IMG/VR virus record: IMGVR_UViG_3300022862_000263
DNA: 64,000 nucleotides
Source: a virus
Taxonomy: Duplodnaviria > Heunggongvirae > Uroviricota > Caudoviricetes
Reading direction: 5' to 3' (one strand)
The notes beneath the pieces were generated by a model. It worked only from the letters and a program-made list of their open reading frames with translations. It made no database searches and was not told where the DNA came from. Position numbers and translations under genes: made by a program. This document shows, one piece after another, positions 9,468 to 22,783 of the stretch; within the stretch, counting starts at the first letter, position 1; each line of letters opens with the position of its first letter.

Positions 9468-9684
9468 AAATTTTCTCTCGTTGACGCACGAAATCTACAC
9501 GACTGAGCTTCGGAACCGCCGTTAGGCCCAGGTGGGTGCAGTCATCATAGCAGGGCGTTAAGGCCCCTGGGTCTGGAGGTTACGGAGTAATGGGCAGCAG
9601 CCACCCTAAAAATTTCGACAAATTAGGATTTTTGCTACTGAGTTCTAGTCAAACCTTAGAAATTACACTGCCCGGTATTCAGCC

Positions 9685-10632
9685 ATGCCCCCATCCCAGC
9701 CGAGCAACAAGATTCCCGAAAGATTTCCGCCACAGCTGGCGCTGAATGTCATCCAGCCGCCCCAAGGATCTTGGCACTGGGAAATCAAATTCGATGGTTA
9801 CCGGGCCATGCTCCATATCCTTGGCGGTAGGGTGACCCTCTACACCAAAAATGGAGCTGACTGGACACGAAAATTTCCCAGAATCGTCTCAGCTATTGAG
9901 TCGCTTAGCCTGCAGAATGCCTGGCTTGATGGGGAGGTCATACTGCCTTCTAGCGACGGTAAACCAGACTTCGGCGGGCTCCAGGCGGCCATCGCTGGTG
10001 GCACAACAGACGACGTCGTACTCTACCTGTTCGACCTGATGTTCTATGCGCGGATCGATTACAGGATGAAGCCCATCGAAAAACGCCGGCGTAAGCTTGA
10101 AGGGTTACTGGAGGGCGTCGACCTTACGAATATCAGGTTTTCAGAAGCGTTTGCAGAGCCGGTGGAGTCCCTGCTGGCTTCTGCCTGTGCGATGGGGTTG
10201 GAGGGGTTGATAGGCAAGAAGGCGGGTAGCAGTTACACCTCGAGTCGTAACGGCGACTGGGTAAAGCTGAAATGCAAGCAACGCCAGGAGTTTGTGATCG
10301 CCGGCTACACGTCAGTTCAGGCTGGGGCAGGGGTTGGCTCCCTGGTTTTGGCTAGGTATGACGACGGTGGAAATCTTCTGTACGCGGGTAGGGTGGGTTC
10401 AGGTATCCGAGATAGAGATTCTGCGATTTTGTCGCGAACGCTGAAGCCCCTGAAAGCGGACTGCCCCTTAAGCTCGGCTGATGCAAAGCTCAAGGCCTCG
10501 GCCATCTGGGTGACGCCTGAGATTGTGTGTGAGGTGCAATACGCAGAACTCACGAGACGGGGCATTGTCAGGCATGGCGTATTCGTTGCGCTACGCAGTG
10601 ATACGCCAGTAAAATCTGTAAAACTTGAGTAG
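9685..10632 (+). CDS. ATP-dependent DNA ligase (LigD-ligase-domain/LigC-like)
   Basis: 315 aa. Motif I EIKFDGYR (adenylation lysine KxDGxR). Ligase motifs LEGLIGK and WVKLK are present. Confidence 0.8.
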   Translation: MPPSQPSNKIPERFPPQLALNVIQPPQGSWHWEIKFDGYRAMLHILGGRVTLYTKNGADWTRKFPRIVSAIESLSLQNAWLDGEVILPSSDGKPDFGGLQAAIAGGTTDDVVLYLFDLMFYARIDYRMKPIEKRRRKLEGLLEGVDLTNIRFSEAFAEPVESLLASACAMGLEGLIGKKAGSSYTSSRNGDWVKLKCKQRQEFVIAGYTSVQAGAGVGSLVLARYDDGGNLLYAGRVGSGIRDRDSAILSRTLKPLKADCPLSSADAKLKASAIWVTPEIVCEVQYAELTRRGIVRHGVFVALRSDTPVKSVKLE

Positions 10633-10646
10633 TACTTAAAAACGAC

Positions 10647-11348
10647 TCAGTACCTCTCAAAGACCTCTTGCGTTAGGTCTTCCTCTGTAACACCATCAAT
10701 TTTCATTAATCGTTCAGCTTGCTTGACGCCGTGGTTGTAACCCTCACCCCAAGCCGCCGCTGCAATCATGTAATCTTGGAAAAACCCGAGCTCACTGCCG
10801 AACAGGGGTATCACTAGCGAAGCGCTTTTTTGCGCAGACGTGAGCGCTTTTCTGTCATCAAACCTCTCAAGCTGATCATAAGTGCTTCTTAGGGATGACT
10901 GGGCAGAGTCAATGTACTCAGATATGTAATCGGTATCTGGCCTTCTATTTTCGCGATCTACATCGCACCATTTATCAAGCATGGCTGCAACATCTATCAA
11001 TACAGGGCACAGCTTGGCTTGATCTTTTATATTTGAGATTCCTGAAAAGCTACCCTGCAGCATGTAGATGCTGATGCTGTATGCCTCTTCTCCGCGTATG
11101 GTAATAGCGCTTGATTCTTCTGATGGAGGCTTTATGGAGCAGCGATACTTCCTGGCTATGGAATTAAGCGCATCCATCAGTTCGCCAAAGGTAAGACTCT
11201 CATCCCTGGTGAGGTTTGGCACCTCGGGTGCGAATACATCGACAAGAGTGTGATCATGACCTCGGCGCTTCCTGCTTGCGTTCATCAAGGGCACAAGTCT
11301 ATTTGCGACGTGAAAAAATTCTCGATGCGAATTTACGGCTCTAGGCAT
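10647..11348 (-). CDS. hypothetical protein
   Basis: 233-aa ORF, no recognisable motifs. Confidence 0.4.
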   Translation of the reverse strand: MPRAVNSHREFFHVANRLVPLMNASRKRRGHDHTLVDVFAPEVPNLTRDESLTFGELMDALNSIARKYRCSIKPPSEESSAITIRGEEAYSISIYMLQGSFSGISNIKDQAKLCPVLIDVAAMLDKWCDVDRENRRPDTDYISEYIDSAQSSLRSTYDQLERFDDRKALTSAQKSASLVIPLFGSELGFFQDYMIAAAAWGEGYNHGVKQAERLMKIDGVTEEDLTQEVFERY

Positions 11349-11541
11349 TAGGGCTGTCCCTTGATCTTTTTTCGATTTTATCTCGATGACTCAATTAAAA
11401 GCGAGAATTGCCAGGCCACTGCTGTAGCAGGGCTCGTCAAAAATCAGGGCAATGCTGGGCTTCGTCGCCACATGATGGCTGGACAGGAGTAGATTCTTTT
11501 GGTATTCTTTTTAAATTCTTTCGTGGTTTTTTGGTAAAAGA

Positions 11542-11937
11542 ATGGCAACGATAGCTATCGACCTTCCCGATGAGGTTCTCCTCAAGGTAATGCAGGCGGC
11601 CTCGGCAGAAGGGCGTAGCCTCAATGACCATGTCGTCATGACGCTACTCGACTCGTTGGCGACTCCGGAAAATGGAGCTCCTCCCAACGCCGGCGCCGCC
11701 CTGGTAGAGAGCATACTCGAGCGCTCGATCAACTTTGTTCTTAGCATAGATGCTGGTTCTGAGTTTTTTCTTTCAGACGTCTGCAATGCCGATGATTGGG
11801 CAGCCCTGGATGCCGGGCAGCGCAAAAGCCTTGGCAAGAAATTCCGGAACCAGGTCACTGACAGAGGTCTCGCGATATGGAAAGGGAAAAGTGGGAATAA
11901 CCACGCCCTCTATGTGCGCTGTGATGCAACCCCTTAA
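11542..11937 (+). CDS. hypothetical protein with RHH-like N-terminus
   Basis: 131 aa. The N-terminus MATIAIDLPDEVLLKV..EGRSLNDHVVMTL resembles ribbon-helix-helix antitoxins/regulators. Confidence 0.35.
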   Translation: MATIAIDLPDEVLLKVMQAASAEGRSLNDHVVMTLLDSLATPENGAPPNAGAALVESILERSINFVLSIDAGSEFFLSDVCNADDWAALDAGQRKSLGKKFRNQVTDRGLAIWKGKSGNNHALYVRCDATP

Positions 11938-11957
11938 GATTTACAGGAGTTAGAGTT

Positions 11958-12716
11958 TTGTTCCCGGCCATTCTTCAGAGTCAGCTCGACCTTTTCAAAA
12001 AGCACAACCTGGTAGCGTTGGCCGTGTGGCCAGGAAAGGCCCCTGCAGGTTGGGTGCAAAATGTCGCTCCATCGTTTGCTGGGCTGCAAAGCTTGCCATC
12101 CACCGGCCTCACACGGTCTACACTGCGGGCGCTATGGGCTAACAAAGCCATCAGCACAGAGATCTGTGTGATCTGTACCCTGGCCTGGGGTGAAATGAGC
12201 GTCAGGAATGCTCGTAAGCTGGTACCGACCATGGCGAATTGGCTTCCGCTGTGTGATGAGATCCGCCAGGGTAAGCACAATCGCAAGAGTGCATTCACCG
12301 CCTTCTCGAAGCTGAAGGCTGCCAAGAAAATGCCTGGCATGGGGCCAGCGTACTTCACCAAAATCATCTTCTTCGCCGATCCAAAGGGCGACGGGTACAT
12401 CCTCGACCAATGGACTGCCAGAAGCGCTCACATGCTGACTGGCCAATCCAAGTGGCCGGCCATCACCCTGAACCATGAAACGCGTGAAGATGCCAAGACG
12501 AGGCCAGAGGCACTGCGTCTCCGTGTGGTTGACCGAGTCACTGCCGATCACTATGAAGATTACTGTTCGATGGTGGAGCATATTGGAGCCACGCTTACCA
12601 TCCATCCCCATGTGGTGGAGGAGCGCTTGTTCAGCGCCGGAGGGCACAACCCCCATCCATGGCGCGACCATATCATGACCGCTTGGGCGGTAGGGCTTAA
12701 TCCATTGTACAAGTAA
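11958..12716 (+). CDS. hypothetical protein
   Basis: 252-aa ORF. Possible HhH-like segment (KMPGMGPAYFTKIIFF). Uncertain. Confidence 0.4.
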   Translation: MFPAILQSQLDLFKKHNLVALAVWPGKAPAGWVQNVAPSFAGLQSLPSTGLTRSTLRALWANKAISTEICVICTLAWGEMSVRNARKLVPTMANWLPLCDEIRQGKHNRKSAFTAFSKLKAAKKMPGMGPAYFTKIIFFADPKGDGYILDQWTARSAHMLTGQSKWPAITLNHETREDAKTRPEALRLRVVDRVTADHYEDYCSMVEHIGATLTIHPHVVEERLFSAGGHNPHPWRDHIMTAWAVGLNPLYK

Positions 12717-12766
12717 GGCCAGCTTTCATTTACAGAGCCCGCCTTTTCACGAGGCGGGTGCTGAGA

Positions 12767-13576
12767 TCAGAAATCTGGACAGAGCTCTTCCTCCATCAAT
12801 TTCACCTTGGTGCGAAGATCAATTTCCGTGACAACACTGTTGATGACCTCATCGAGCTCTTCGTTGTCAGAGTACAGGTGGCCTACTTGCTCACCCATGT
12901 ACCTTACCAAGATTTGAAAGGCAGGCTGCTTGGAAAGTCGCTTCATAGCCTTTGTGAATTTGTCGAGGATCTTCTCTGACTGCTGCTGATCCTCAGCGTT
13001 TTCGATCCGCTCCTCGTAGGCTTTAATCAGCTCGCGGGCCGATAGGAATGAGGCTTCGTAATCCAGTGCTCTCCAATAAGTCTCATGGGTGCCAGTAGTG
13101 AGCGCACCGATTTTTTCGTAGCCATTCTCGCCACGAACATGGGTGAGCATGTCCTCTGCGTCCTGTATGCATTCACCGTCAAATGCACCACATAGGGAGA
13201 CGCTTGTATGGCTGGCCAGATCTCGATGCCAGTCCTCAATACAGACGATTTGATCAGGATCCCCTTCATACCGGGTTGCCTGGATGAGCGTGCAGCCCTG
13301 GCCTTCGTACATATCCCTGACCTCGGCATATCCGAAGATGTGGTGCTCAAAAGGGATACCACGGGAGGTAAGGTAGTCTGTGATCGGAAGCTGAACATCA
13401 CAAGGCCCCGGCATTTCCCATGTCGTCAAAACAACGTTGTTGATCCGAGCGCCCTGTGGGGAGTGCAAGTAGTCGATGATATTGAGGGCGGCATCCTCTG
13501 GAGTCATCCCGAAGTTTGCGAGGCCATCCCTCCAGGTTTCTTCCAGGTGGTGTATGAGTAGGGTGTGCTTTTTCAT
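12767..13576 (-). CDS. hypothetical protein
   Basis: 269-aa ORF, convergent with the previous gene. No recognisable motifs. Confidence 0.4.
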   Translation of the reverse strand: MKKHTLLIHHLEETWRDGLANFGMTPEDAALNIIDYLHSPQGARINNVVLTTWEMPGPCDVQLPITDYLTSRGIPFEHHIFGYAEVRDMYEGQGCTLIQATRYEGDPDQIVCIEDWHRDLASHTSVSLCGAFDGECIQDAEDMLTHVRGENGYEKIGALTTGTHETYWRALDYEASFLSARELIKAYEERIENAEDQQQSEKILDKFTKAMKRLSKQPAFQILVRYMGEQVGHLYSDNEELDEVINSVVTEIDLRTKVKLMEEELCPDF

Positions 13577-13901
13577 TAAAACTGGCCTTGTTTCCAGATC
13601 GAGGCGAAAGGCGCCTTTCCCGGAGCTCTTTTGGTTAGCCTAGCATTGGAGGTTCTTGCAATGCAGCCTGCCCTTTGGGGCAGGAACGGCGACTTGTGCG
13701 CATCAGCAGCCAAGGCTATCTAAGCTTTAATTTCGATTTTTATGTCTTGCGCAGCTCTGCGCCGGAAAAGTAAGAAATACCTTATATTTTGCGCTGTCGC
13801 CGCGCTCGATAGCCAAAATCGAAAGGATAGCTTCGATTTCATTGACAAAAGCACCAGCGCAGGCCAAAATGTAAGGTATAAATTAGATTTTTGGCGCACC
13901 C

Positions 13902-14129
13902 ATGAACAATAACCTGAGACAAATTCGCACAGCCTCAGAGCTTGGTGACATCGTCCGCCATGCGCGGAAGAAGCAGGGCATCACCCAGGCAGACCTGGCT
14001 CTGATCACTGAGAAGAGTCATGTGCTGCTGCGCGATATTGAGACCGGAAAGGGCTCTGTTTCATTCGCTAGCGTGCTTCAGGTGCTGAATGAGCTCGGCA
14101 TTCGCATGTATGTGGAGCCTGGTCAATGA
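13902..14129 (+). CDS. hipB: HipB-like XRE-family HTH antitoxin
   Basis: 75 aa. HTH core GITQADLALITEKSHVLLRDIETGK. Its stop overlaps the hipA start (ATGA). Confidence 0.8.
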   Translation: MNNNLRQIRTASELGDIVRHARKKQGITQADLALITEKSHVLLRDIETGKGSVSFASVLQVLNELGIRMYVEPGQ

Positions 14130-15379
14130 GGTCGCTTGAGGTTGTAATCAATTCAGACCATGTCGGTTCACTCAAAGACCAAAACGGCATCTGGAGTCTC
14201 GAGTACACGCCAGCCTGGATCAAGAATCCCGATGGTTACGACTTGGCGCCCACCTTGCCAAGGACAGAGGAATCGATCCTTGACGGTTCAACGAACCGGC
14301 CTGTGCAGTGGTTCTTCGATAACCTGCTTCCCGAGGAGGATGCCCGCCGTTTGTTGGCCACTGATGCGAAGATCGAGTTTGCTGATGCATTTGGGTTGCT
14401 GGGTTACTACGGGGCGGAGTCTGCCGGCGCAATTACTCTCCTGAACTCGCTGCAGGATGAGGAGGAGGGTGGCCTCAAAGCATTGCCAGATGAGCTCCTT
14501 AGCCAACGGATTCAGAATCTTCCTCGTGTAGCGCTTGCCACTGGGGCGCCTAAACGCATGTCTCTGGCCGGCGCTCAGCACAAACTCGCGGTGGTGATGA
14601 ATCAAGAGGGGCTATTTGAGCCTGTGGGGTCTACGCCGTCGACCCACATCCTGAAGCCTGACCACGATGACCCGAATACCTATAACGCCACAGCCGCGAA
14701 TGAATGGTTCATCATGACCATCGCCAGGAAGATTTGGGGTGAGGTTCCTCCGGTCTACCTTAAGCGCGTACCCGAGTCCGTCTATCTAATTGAGCGCTTT
14801 GACCGCTCAGAGGTCGGTGGCCGGTTGGTGAGGGAGCATGTCCTTGATGCCTGCCAATTGCTGGGGCTGGACAAGACCTTCAAGTACAACCAGGCAACGG
14901 TGGAGACCCTGCAGCGCATCTTGGGCCTGGTGCGGAATGTAGCGAAGACGCGGATGCAGCTTTTCACCTGGCTGGTATTCAACACCCTGGTTTGCAATAA
15001 CGACAACCACCTGAAGAACCTGTCATTCTTCGTCAAGGGCGACTCGTATCACCTGACTCCTCACTACGACATGCTGTGCACCGGCATATACGGCGCCACG
15101 AACACCCCATGGCTCAGCGCAGATCTGGTCTGGAGGCCGGAAGGGGTGCGCACTTTTGATGAGGTGACGCTGGGGAGCTTTTTGCAGTTGGGCAAGGAAA
15201 TTGGCCTGGGCGAAAAGATCGCTCACAAGCTGATTGTGAGCCTCACCAAAAGTATCCTCGATGTGGCGCGTTCACTGATAGACGAGCATGCCGACAGTAT
15301 GATGGCTGGGGAAGCGCAGCTGATCAGACGGATCACGTTTGGCGCGATCACGGACATGGTGGCTAAGCTCAAGTCCTAG
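14126..15379 (+). CDS. hipA: HipA-family serine/threonine kinase toxin
   Basis: 417 aa. Catalytic loop NNDNHLKNLSF, ATP-binding region LAGAQHKLAV, N-terminal HipA_N-like (LEYTPAW). Confidence 0.85.
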   Translation: MRSLEVVINSDHVGSLKDQNGIWSLEYTPAWIKNPDGYDLAPTLPRTEESILDGSTNRPVQWFFDNLLPEEDARRLLATDAKIEFADAFGLLGYYGAESAGAITLLNSLQDEEEGGLKALPDELLSQRIQNLPRVALATGAPKRMSLAGAQHKLAVVMNQEGLFEPVGSTPSTHILKPDHDDPNTYNATAANEWFIMTIARKIWGEVPPVYLKRVPESVYLIERFDRSEVGGRLVREHVLDACQLLGLDKTFKYNQATVETLQRILGLVRNVAKTRMQLFTWLVFNTLVCNNDNHLKNLSFFVKGDSYHLTPHYDMLCTGIYGATNTPWLSADLVWRPEGVRTFDEVTLGSFLQLGKEIGLGEKIAHKLIVSLTKSILDVARSLIDEHADSMMAGEAQLIRRITFGAITDMVAKLKS

Positions 15380-15427
15380 CCCGCCTTAGGGAAGGTCGCC
15401 ACAACGTACTGTGGCGACCTCAATCAC

Positions 15428-17137
15428 TCAGCGATATGGCCAGCCAGGATCTTCACCAACGCGGCCTAGGTGGTAGTTCAACCTGCCTGGATTTGCGTGA
15501 ACCAACGCGTTCAGTGCGTAGTATGCTCTGTCTCTGAAGCGAGCCTCGAATTTGCGCATGAGTTCACTGCTGAACAGTGTGGGCTCAACCTGCTTTTCTT
15601 CAGGGGCATCCGGGTTGATTCGGATTAACCTCGCCCTCATCAGGCTTTTCCAAGTCGGATCAGTAACTGCAGTTTCTGACAGGCGTTTATACCTATAGCT
15701 CCCTGGAGTTCGGTAGTGATCCCGGATGATCTCCGTAAGAACCATGCGCTGCTGATTGACCAGTTTCCTGAGTGAAAACGCAACGTCAGTGATCTGTGAC
15801 GCAAGAGGAGAATTAGGGTCGATATCCAACACCTCCAGGAGCTCAGGAATTACGTCATCAACCCACTGATCCGTGAGCTGAACGGACGCCAAATCGAACT
15901 CGTGGCGGTAAGGGGCCTTTAGCCGCATGCGCTTTTTTAGCGGGTGATCATGGCCGAAGGTGTAAGGCACACCGTTGTTGAAGTCAATTTCATGCTCAGG
16001 GCATACCAAGGCCGCGTTGTAGGTGTGATTCCATCTCTTAACTTCGTCCAGCTCACCGTGGCGATTGAAAATCCTGGTCAGCTTTGCCTCGACCCGCCCG
16101 TCAACAATCAGCGGCTTTTCACAACTCGGTTTCTCGCAGCGCCCCTTCGAGCGATAGAAGGCCTTCTTGATTTCGCCGGCGTTCTTGATGACCTCAGGGT
16201 CATAAAACCAAGCTCGCCCAAGAGCAGCTGCTCGGATACCGTAAGGGTCATCCGGTGCCAGGTCAGGGCACAGATGATTGAAACCGATGGATTCTGGGCG
16301 GTGCAGGGTAGGGGCATCGATTGCTCTCGCCTTCATCGACAGGACATTTTTCTGTCGATAGTCGCCGTTTATGGTCGCCAGCATCATTGGGTACGACATG
16401 AACAGAATATCGTCATTGACGTAAAGATCATCGATGAGCTTTTGCTGCTTAATGCCATTGGGCATTTCGTTGCCAACAATGAGCAGGTAGCTCAGCTCGA
16501 TCTGGGTGAGTGGGTGCGGGTCACCTGAGGGAAGGAAAAGCTCCAAAGGGTAGTTCACGAACAACCGAGAAAGGTTAGCCAGCAGGCTCTGACGATGACA
16601 ATTAGCACGTAGGTGCTTTTGCCACTCTTTGACTTGATCGATTGCATCTGTCGTATCTTTGTGAAAGTCCGAACCCCCAAGGACGTCTTGCACGAACACG
16701 CTTTTGGCCGCCTGCTCTATCTCGACTAGCGTGATCTTGATCGTTCGCTCCTGGGTCGTGATGTAGCAGTAATCCGTAACCCTGGGAAACGGGAGGCGCA
16801 GCTGATTGATTAGGGAGTCGAGGTAAAGACCGCCAGCGTAGAGCTCCGGCGTGTGAAGCAGGAAGGGATTGGCGATAATCGCATTCTGCAAATGCTTTTC
16901 ATGATGATCATCACAACGCTCCTCAAGGCTGGCAACGTAGGAGCTTTTTGGCGCCTCTCTAGAGCGCTGGGCTTTCTCGCCCCTTACCTTGTAGGTGTTT
17001 TTCGGACTGGGAGCCTCTTTCGACTCGATCCTTTTCTTCCCAGGCTTGGGTGGGGCTGGCGTATTTATTAGCTCAATAAACGACGAGACGATGCCTTGAA
17101 TTTCAGATTCGGTGTACATCTGGATGAACCTCTGCAA
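15428..17137 (-). CDS. large hypothetical protein (569 aa), possible Cys/His nuclease-like motifs
   Basis: Long ORF beside the TA module. Contains CPEHEID..H and other Cys/His patches. No confident family assignment. Confidence 0.45.
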   Translation of the reverse strand: MQRFIQMYTESEIQGIVSSFIELINTPAPPKPGKKRIESKEAPSPKNTYKVRGEKAQRSREAPKSSYVASLEERCDDHHEKHLQNAIIANPFLLHTPELYAGGLYLDSLINQLRLPFPRVTDYCYITTQERTIKITLVEIEQAAKSVFVQDVLGGSDFHKDTTDAIDQVKEWQKHLRANCHRQSLLANLSRLFVNYPLELFLPSGDPHPLTQIELSYLLIVGNEMPNGIKQQKLIDDLYVNDDILFMSYPMMLATINGDYRQKNVLSMKARAIDAPTLHRPESIGFNHLCPDLAPDDPYGIRAAALGRAWFYDPEVIKNAGEIKKAFYRSKGRCEKPSCEKPLIVDGRVEAKLTRIFNRHGELDEVKRWNHTYNAALVCPEHEIDFNNGVPYTFGHDHPLKKRMRLKAPYRHEFDLASVQLTDQWVDDVIPELLEVLDIDPNSPLASQITDVAFSLRKLVNQQRMVLTEIIRDHYRTPGSYRYKRLSETAVTDPTWKSLMRARLIRINPDAPEEKQVEPTLFSSELMRKFEARFRDRAYYALNALVHANPGRLNYHLGRVGEDPGWPYR

Positions 17138-17282
17138 GAGATTGCGGAGCGCACTGGGTCAGACAGACACCTTCGAATTGAGGAAGGAGGCGATCATCAG
17201 CAATGACAGGGGTTGAAGCCAGAATTTATCAGGCTTTTTGCCATCAAATCAATGCCGACTTGAGGTCAATTCCCTAGGAAGA

Positions 17283-17744
17283 TTAACGGCAATCAGGCGC
17301 AGGAGCATCGGGCTCAAAGCGATCCAGGCGGAGCCAGGCTTTCTGATATTTTGCGTTGCGCTTCAGATCGGATTCTGTGACTTTAGGTAGGCGCGAGAGA
17401 TCCATGTTGTCCTTGAGATCTTCCATTTTGACCTTTCTCGCCACTTCATCTGGCGCGATTCGATCAATGAATTGCATATAGCTCTCTCCCTCGCGCCGGG
17501 ACAAGATCTCGACCCTGGAAACCACCTCTTCGGGCAGGCCCGCCTCAGCGAGATCCTGAGCTGTGATGCCGCAATCCTCAATGACATCATGCAGCACAGC
17601 GACGGCCTTGCTGATTGTGTCATTCATCCGGGCCATAACCCGAAGAGGGTGGCTGATGTAGGGTTGGCCAGCCTTGTCCACCTGGCCGGCGTGAGCTCGC
17701 ACAGCGACCGCAATCGCGACATCGAGAATGCGGGCAGGCTTCAT
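17283..17744 (-). CDS. small HD-domain (p)ppGpp hydrolase-like protein (RelA/SpoT hydrolase-domain-only, Mesh1/SAH-like)
   Basis: 153 aa. RAHAGQVDKAGQPYISHPLRV and VLHDVIEDC match the RelA/SpoT HD hydrolase signature. Confidence 0.6.
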   Translation of the reverse strand: MKPARILDVAIAVAVRAHAGQVDKAGQPYISHPLRVMARMNDTISKAVAVLHDVIEDCGITAQDLAEAGLPEEVVSRVEILSRREGESYMQFIDRIAPDEVARKVKMEDLKDNMDLSRLPKVTESDLKRNAKYQKAWLRLDRFEPDAPAPDCR

Positions 17745-18141
17745 GCGAGACTCCTTGTGAAGATGTGATGGGGTATGCCAAATATCCTAACACGGCTTTG
17801 AGGTTGGGTCTCATTTACATCATCGAATTTACCCAAAACCAATCTACATAAATGCCGGAATAGGCGTCCGCTAGGCGAGAATTTTACGTCATACCTTAAA
17901 TATAGACATCGCCTTTAAAAATGCAGGCTAAGCTCGACTTTAATGAGCCACTTTCTTTCGAGGTGTGGTATCATTCCGCGTGTGTGAAAGTCGGGTTTAG
18001 CGAGCATGTCACGCCTGCTGGATTGACTGACAATATATCGAATTGTTTTGAGCTGTTGCACCTTGCCAAGGGCGCAGCGGCGGGGCTTGTTTTGCCCGCT
18101 GTTGTGACGCAGCATCTCCCCTAAATGGAATCTGACTGCAC

Positions 18142-20937
<2,796 letters not shown>

Positions 20938-20956
20938 TCGCAAGCATTGACGGAGC

Positions 20957-20983
20957 GGGGCGCCCTTTGGGGCGCTCTTTTTT
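20957..20983 (+). terminator. rho-independent terminator after gyrA
   Basis: GC stem gcgccc-tttg-gggcgc followed by a TCTTTTTT run. Confidence 0.7.
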
Positions 20984-20992
20984 CACGTCCCA

Positions 20993-21814
20993 TTGACGAT
21001 TGGCAGGATCGCTATGCCTCACGAACTTGAAGCCTTCAATCCACATGCTGTTGGGGTTTGCCCGGCAGCTGATTGGGCGCCGACTACGTCTACTGTAAGC
21101 GCTGATGATTTTCGCAAGCTGTTGGCGCTATATGAGATGACTGTAAACCGTGCCGACTCGACTCAGCGCAAGCTGCAGCAGCTACAAGCGGAGATTGAGG
21201 ATCCATCGTTTTATCTGCGAGCGATTAACTGCCCGCATGAAATCACGACCGAAAAGATCGTCCTGCACTTTGACCACAACACAGGTAAAGGTGCCTATAA
21301 CGCTCTCGATCAGTTGGCTAAGAGGCTTACCAAGCCATTGGCGGTGGTCGAGCCTACTGAGACGCTTGGGGGGCGTTTACCGCCGACTGAGCGCCAGCAG
21401 TTGTGGACTGTGATCGACGAAGCCCTAAGCTCTACTCATGAGCCCTTCGAGCGTGGAGACATCTGTAACATACTGGCACCAGTGCTGGCACCGCTAGTCA
21501 CGGAGGAGGCTGAGAAACCCTCTCTGATAAACCTGAAAGCTTTGTTAAACAAATACCCCTGGATGGATGTGCCACTGAATTTCGACGAGATCAGGCGCAA
21601 TTCCGACCGGTACATGCAGCTGCGCGATAGAGCTACTAATAGCAAGGCGGCTGCTCCAATGGTGATCTTGGTTGAACCGAAGCCTGATTATAGATTGCTG
21701 GATGGCTGTGACGTGGGCGATTCGCTGATCTACGGACGGAGGCTTGATCATTGGGTAGATCGGTTCCTATTCCCTAACGCTGAGGTGGATCAGCTCGATC
21801 CGCCCACTAAATAA
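20993..21814 (+). CDS. hypothetical protein
   Basis: 273-aa ORF (may start at MPHELEAF, 21014). Occupies the position where serC normally follows gyrA. Confidence 0.4.
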   Translation: MTIGRIAMPHELEAFNPHAVGVCPAADWAPTTSTVSADDFRKLLALYEMTVNRADSTQRKLQQLQAEIEDPSFYLRAINCPHEITTEKIVLHFDHNTGKGAYNALDQLAKRLTKPLAVVEPTETLGGRLPPTERQQLWTVIDEALSSTHEPFERGDICNILAPVLAPLVTEEAEKPSLINLKALLNKYPWMDVPLNFDEIRRNSDRYMQLRDRATNSKAAAPMVILVEPKPDYRLLDGCDVGDSLIYGRRLDHWVDRFLFPNAEVDQLDPPTK

Positions 21815-21871
21815 TCGATCAGGCCACGTAACGTTGCGAAAAATTATTCGAGCCTCCTGAGGAAAGTCGCT

Positions 21872-22126
21872 ATGAGTGCACAATCCAAAATCAATCAAGG
21901 TTCTCAGTTCCCATACGACCGACCGGACGATGATGACACGCCAGCAGTTCCTGCTACCGACTGGGCCCACGTCGCAGCACGTGGCATCTTGGCTGATTTG
22001 ACCGGTCGTGCAGGGATTGGTAACGAGCTAGAGCAATATGACGAAGAGATTCGCAATGAGATCATTACCTCAGCTGCCGAGATCATTCGCCTGGCGCATA
22101 GCCAGGCCACCCCAGGAGGTCGCTGA
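21872..22126 (+). CDS. hypothetical small acidic protein
   Basis: 84 aa. GAGGAAAG RBS 6 nt upstream of the ATG. Confidence 0.4.
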   Translation: MSAQSKINQGSQFPYDRPDDDDTPAVPATDWAHVAARGILADLTGRAGIGNELEQYDEEIRNEIITSAAEIIRLAHSQATPGGR

Positions 22127-22210
22127 GTGATGAAGCCGCGATTTGATCTTCCGGGTGAGCTTGGTTGGGATCTTTTCTGATCGCTAATTAGGTGATCAGC
22201 AAGCGCTGCA

Positions 22211-22783
22211 GTGAGCAGCGATGATGTTTTCTTCCACGAGGGTATACCGATGTCAGGCATTATTTGCATCCAACAAATCTTCGCCCAAGAGCTCAAAATC
22301 GATCTTGGTCTAAGCCACGCAGAAGCGATCTGGGCGCTGACGTTGGCTGATCTGAAAAAGAAACAGTCCATCAAGCATTACCAGGACACCATTGATCTGA
22401 TTGAGTGTGCTGAGTCTGGTTATCTGCCCCCTTCAGAGCGTGAGATTCTCAGGGAGTCAATCGGTCATGGCACGATTGGGTGCGCTTGGCGCCCCTTTGG
22501 AGTGTCAGACGTCGAGGGGCAGGTTTTGGAGCGTCTGTATGCTTATCTTCGGCAGGCTAAGATCATTTCCGACAAGCAAGACCCATACCTTGGCCGGCAT
22601 GTGACCCTGGTCGAAACAGATGATGCAAAGGGCAAGACCATTAGGGTACGGAAGCGTATGAGCGGGCTTTACGATATCGATACGAAGAATTCCGGCCAGC
22701 CTGATTCCACCTACATAATGAGGCACCCGGACTGCACCGCCGATGACGTGATTAGGGCCCTGGGTAACTATTTACAGTTCTAA
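22211..22783 (+). CDS. hypothetical protein
   Basis: 190-aa ORF (possibly starting at MSGIIC, ~22250). Confidence 0.4.
   Translation: MSSDDVFFHEGIPMSGIICIQQIFAQELKIDLGLSHAEAIWALTLADLKKKQSIKHYQDTIDLIECAESGYLPPSEREILRESIGHGTIGCAWRPFGVSDVEGQVLERLYAYLRQAKIISDKQDPYLGRHVTLVETDDAKGKTIRVRKRMSGLYDIDTKNSGQPDSTYIMRHPDCTADDVIRALGNYLQF

Noticed and set aside
12132-12671. 179-aa minus-strand ORF overlapping 11958-12716
   Set aside because: Antisense to a longer ORF with better start context. No motifs.
13577-13901. Searched hipB upstream region for canonical HipB operators (TATCC-N8-GGATA) and a clean sigma70 promoter
   Set aside because: Only partial half-sites (ggata, tatct) and poorly spaced TTGACA/TATAAA elements. 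Not convincing enough to call.
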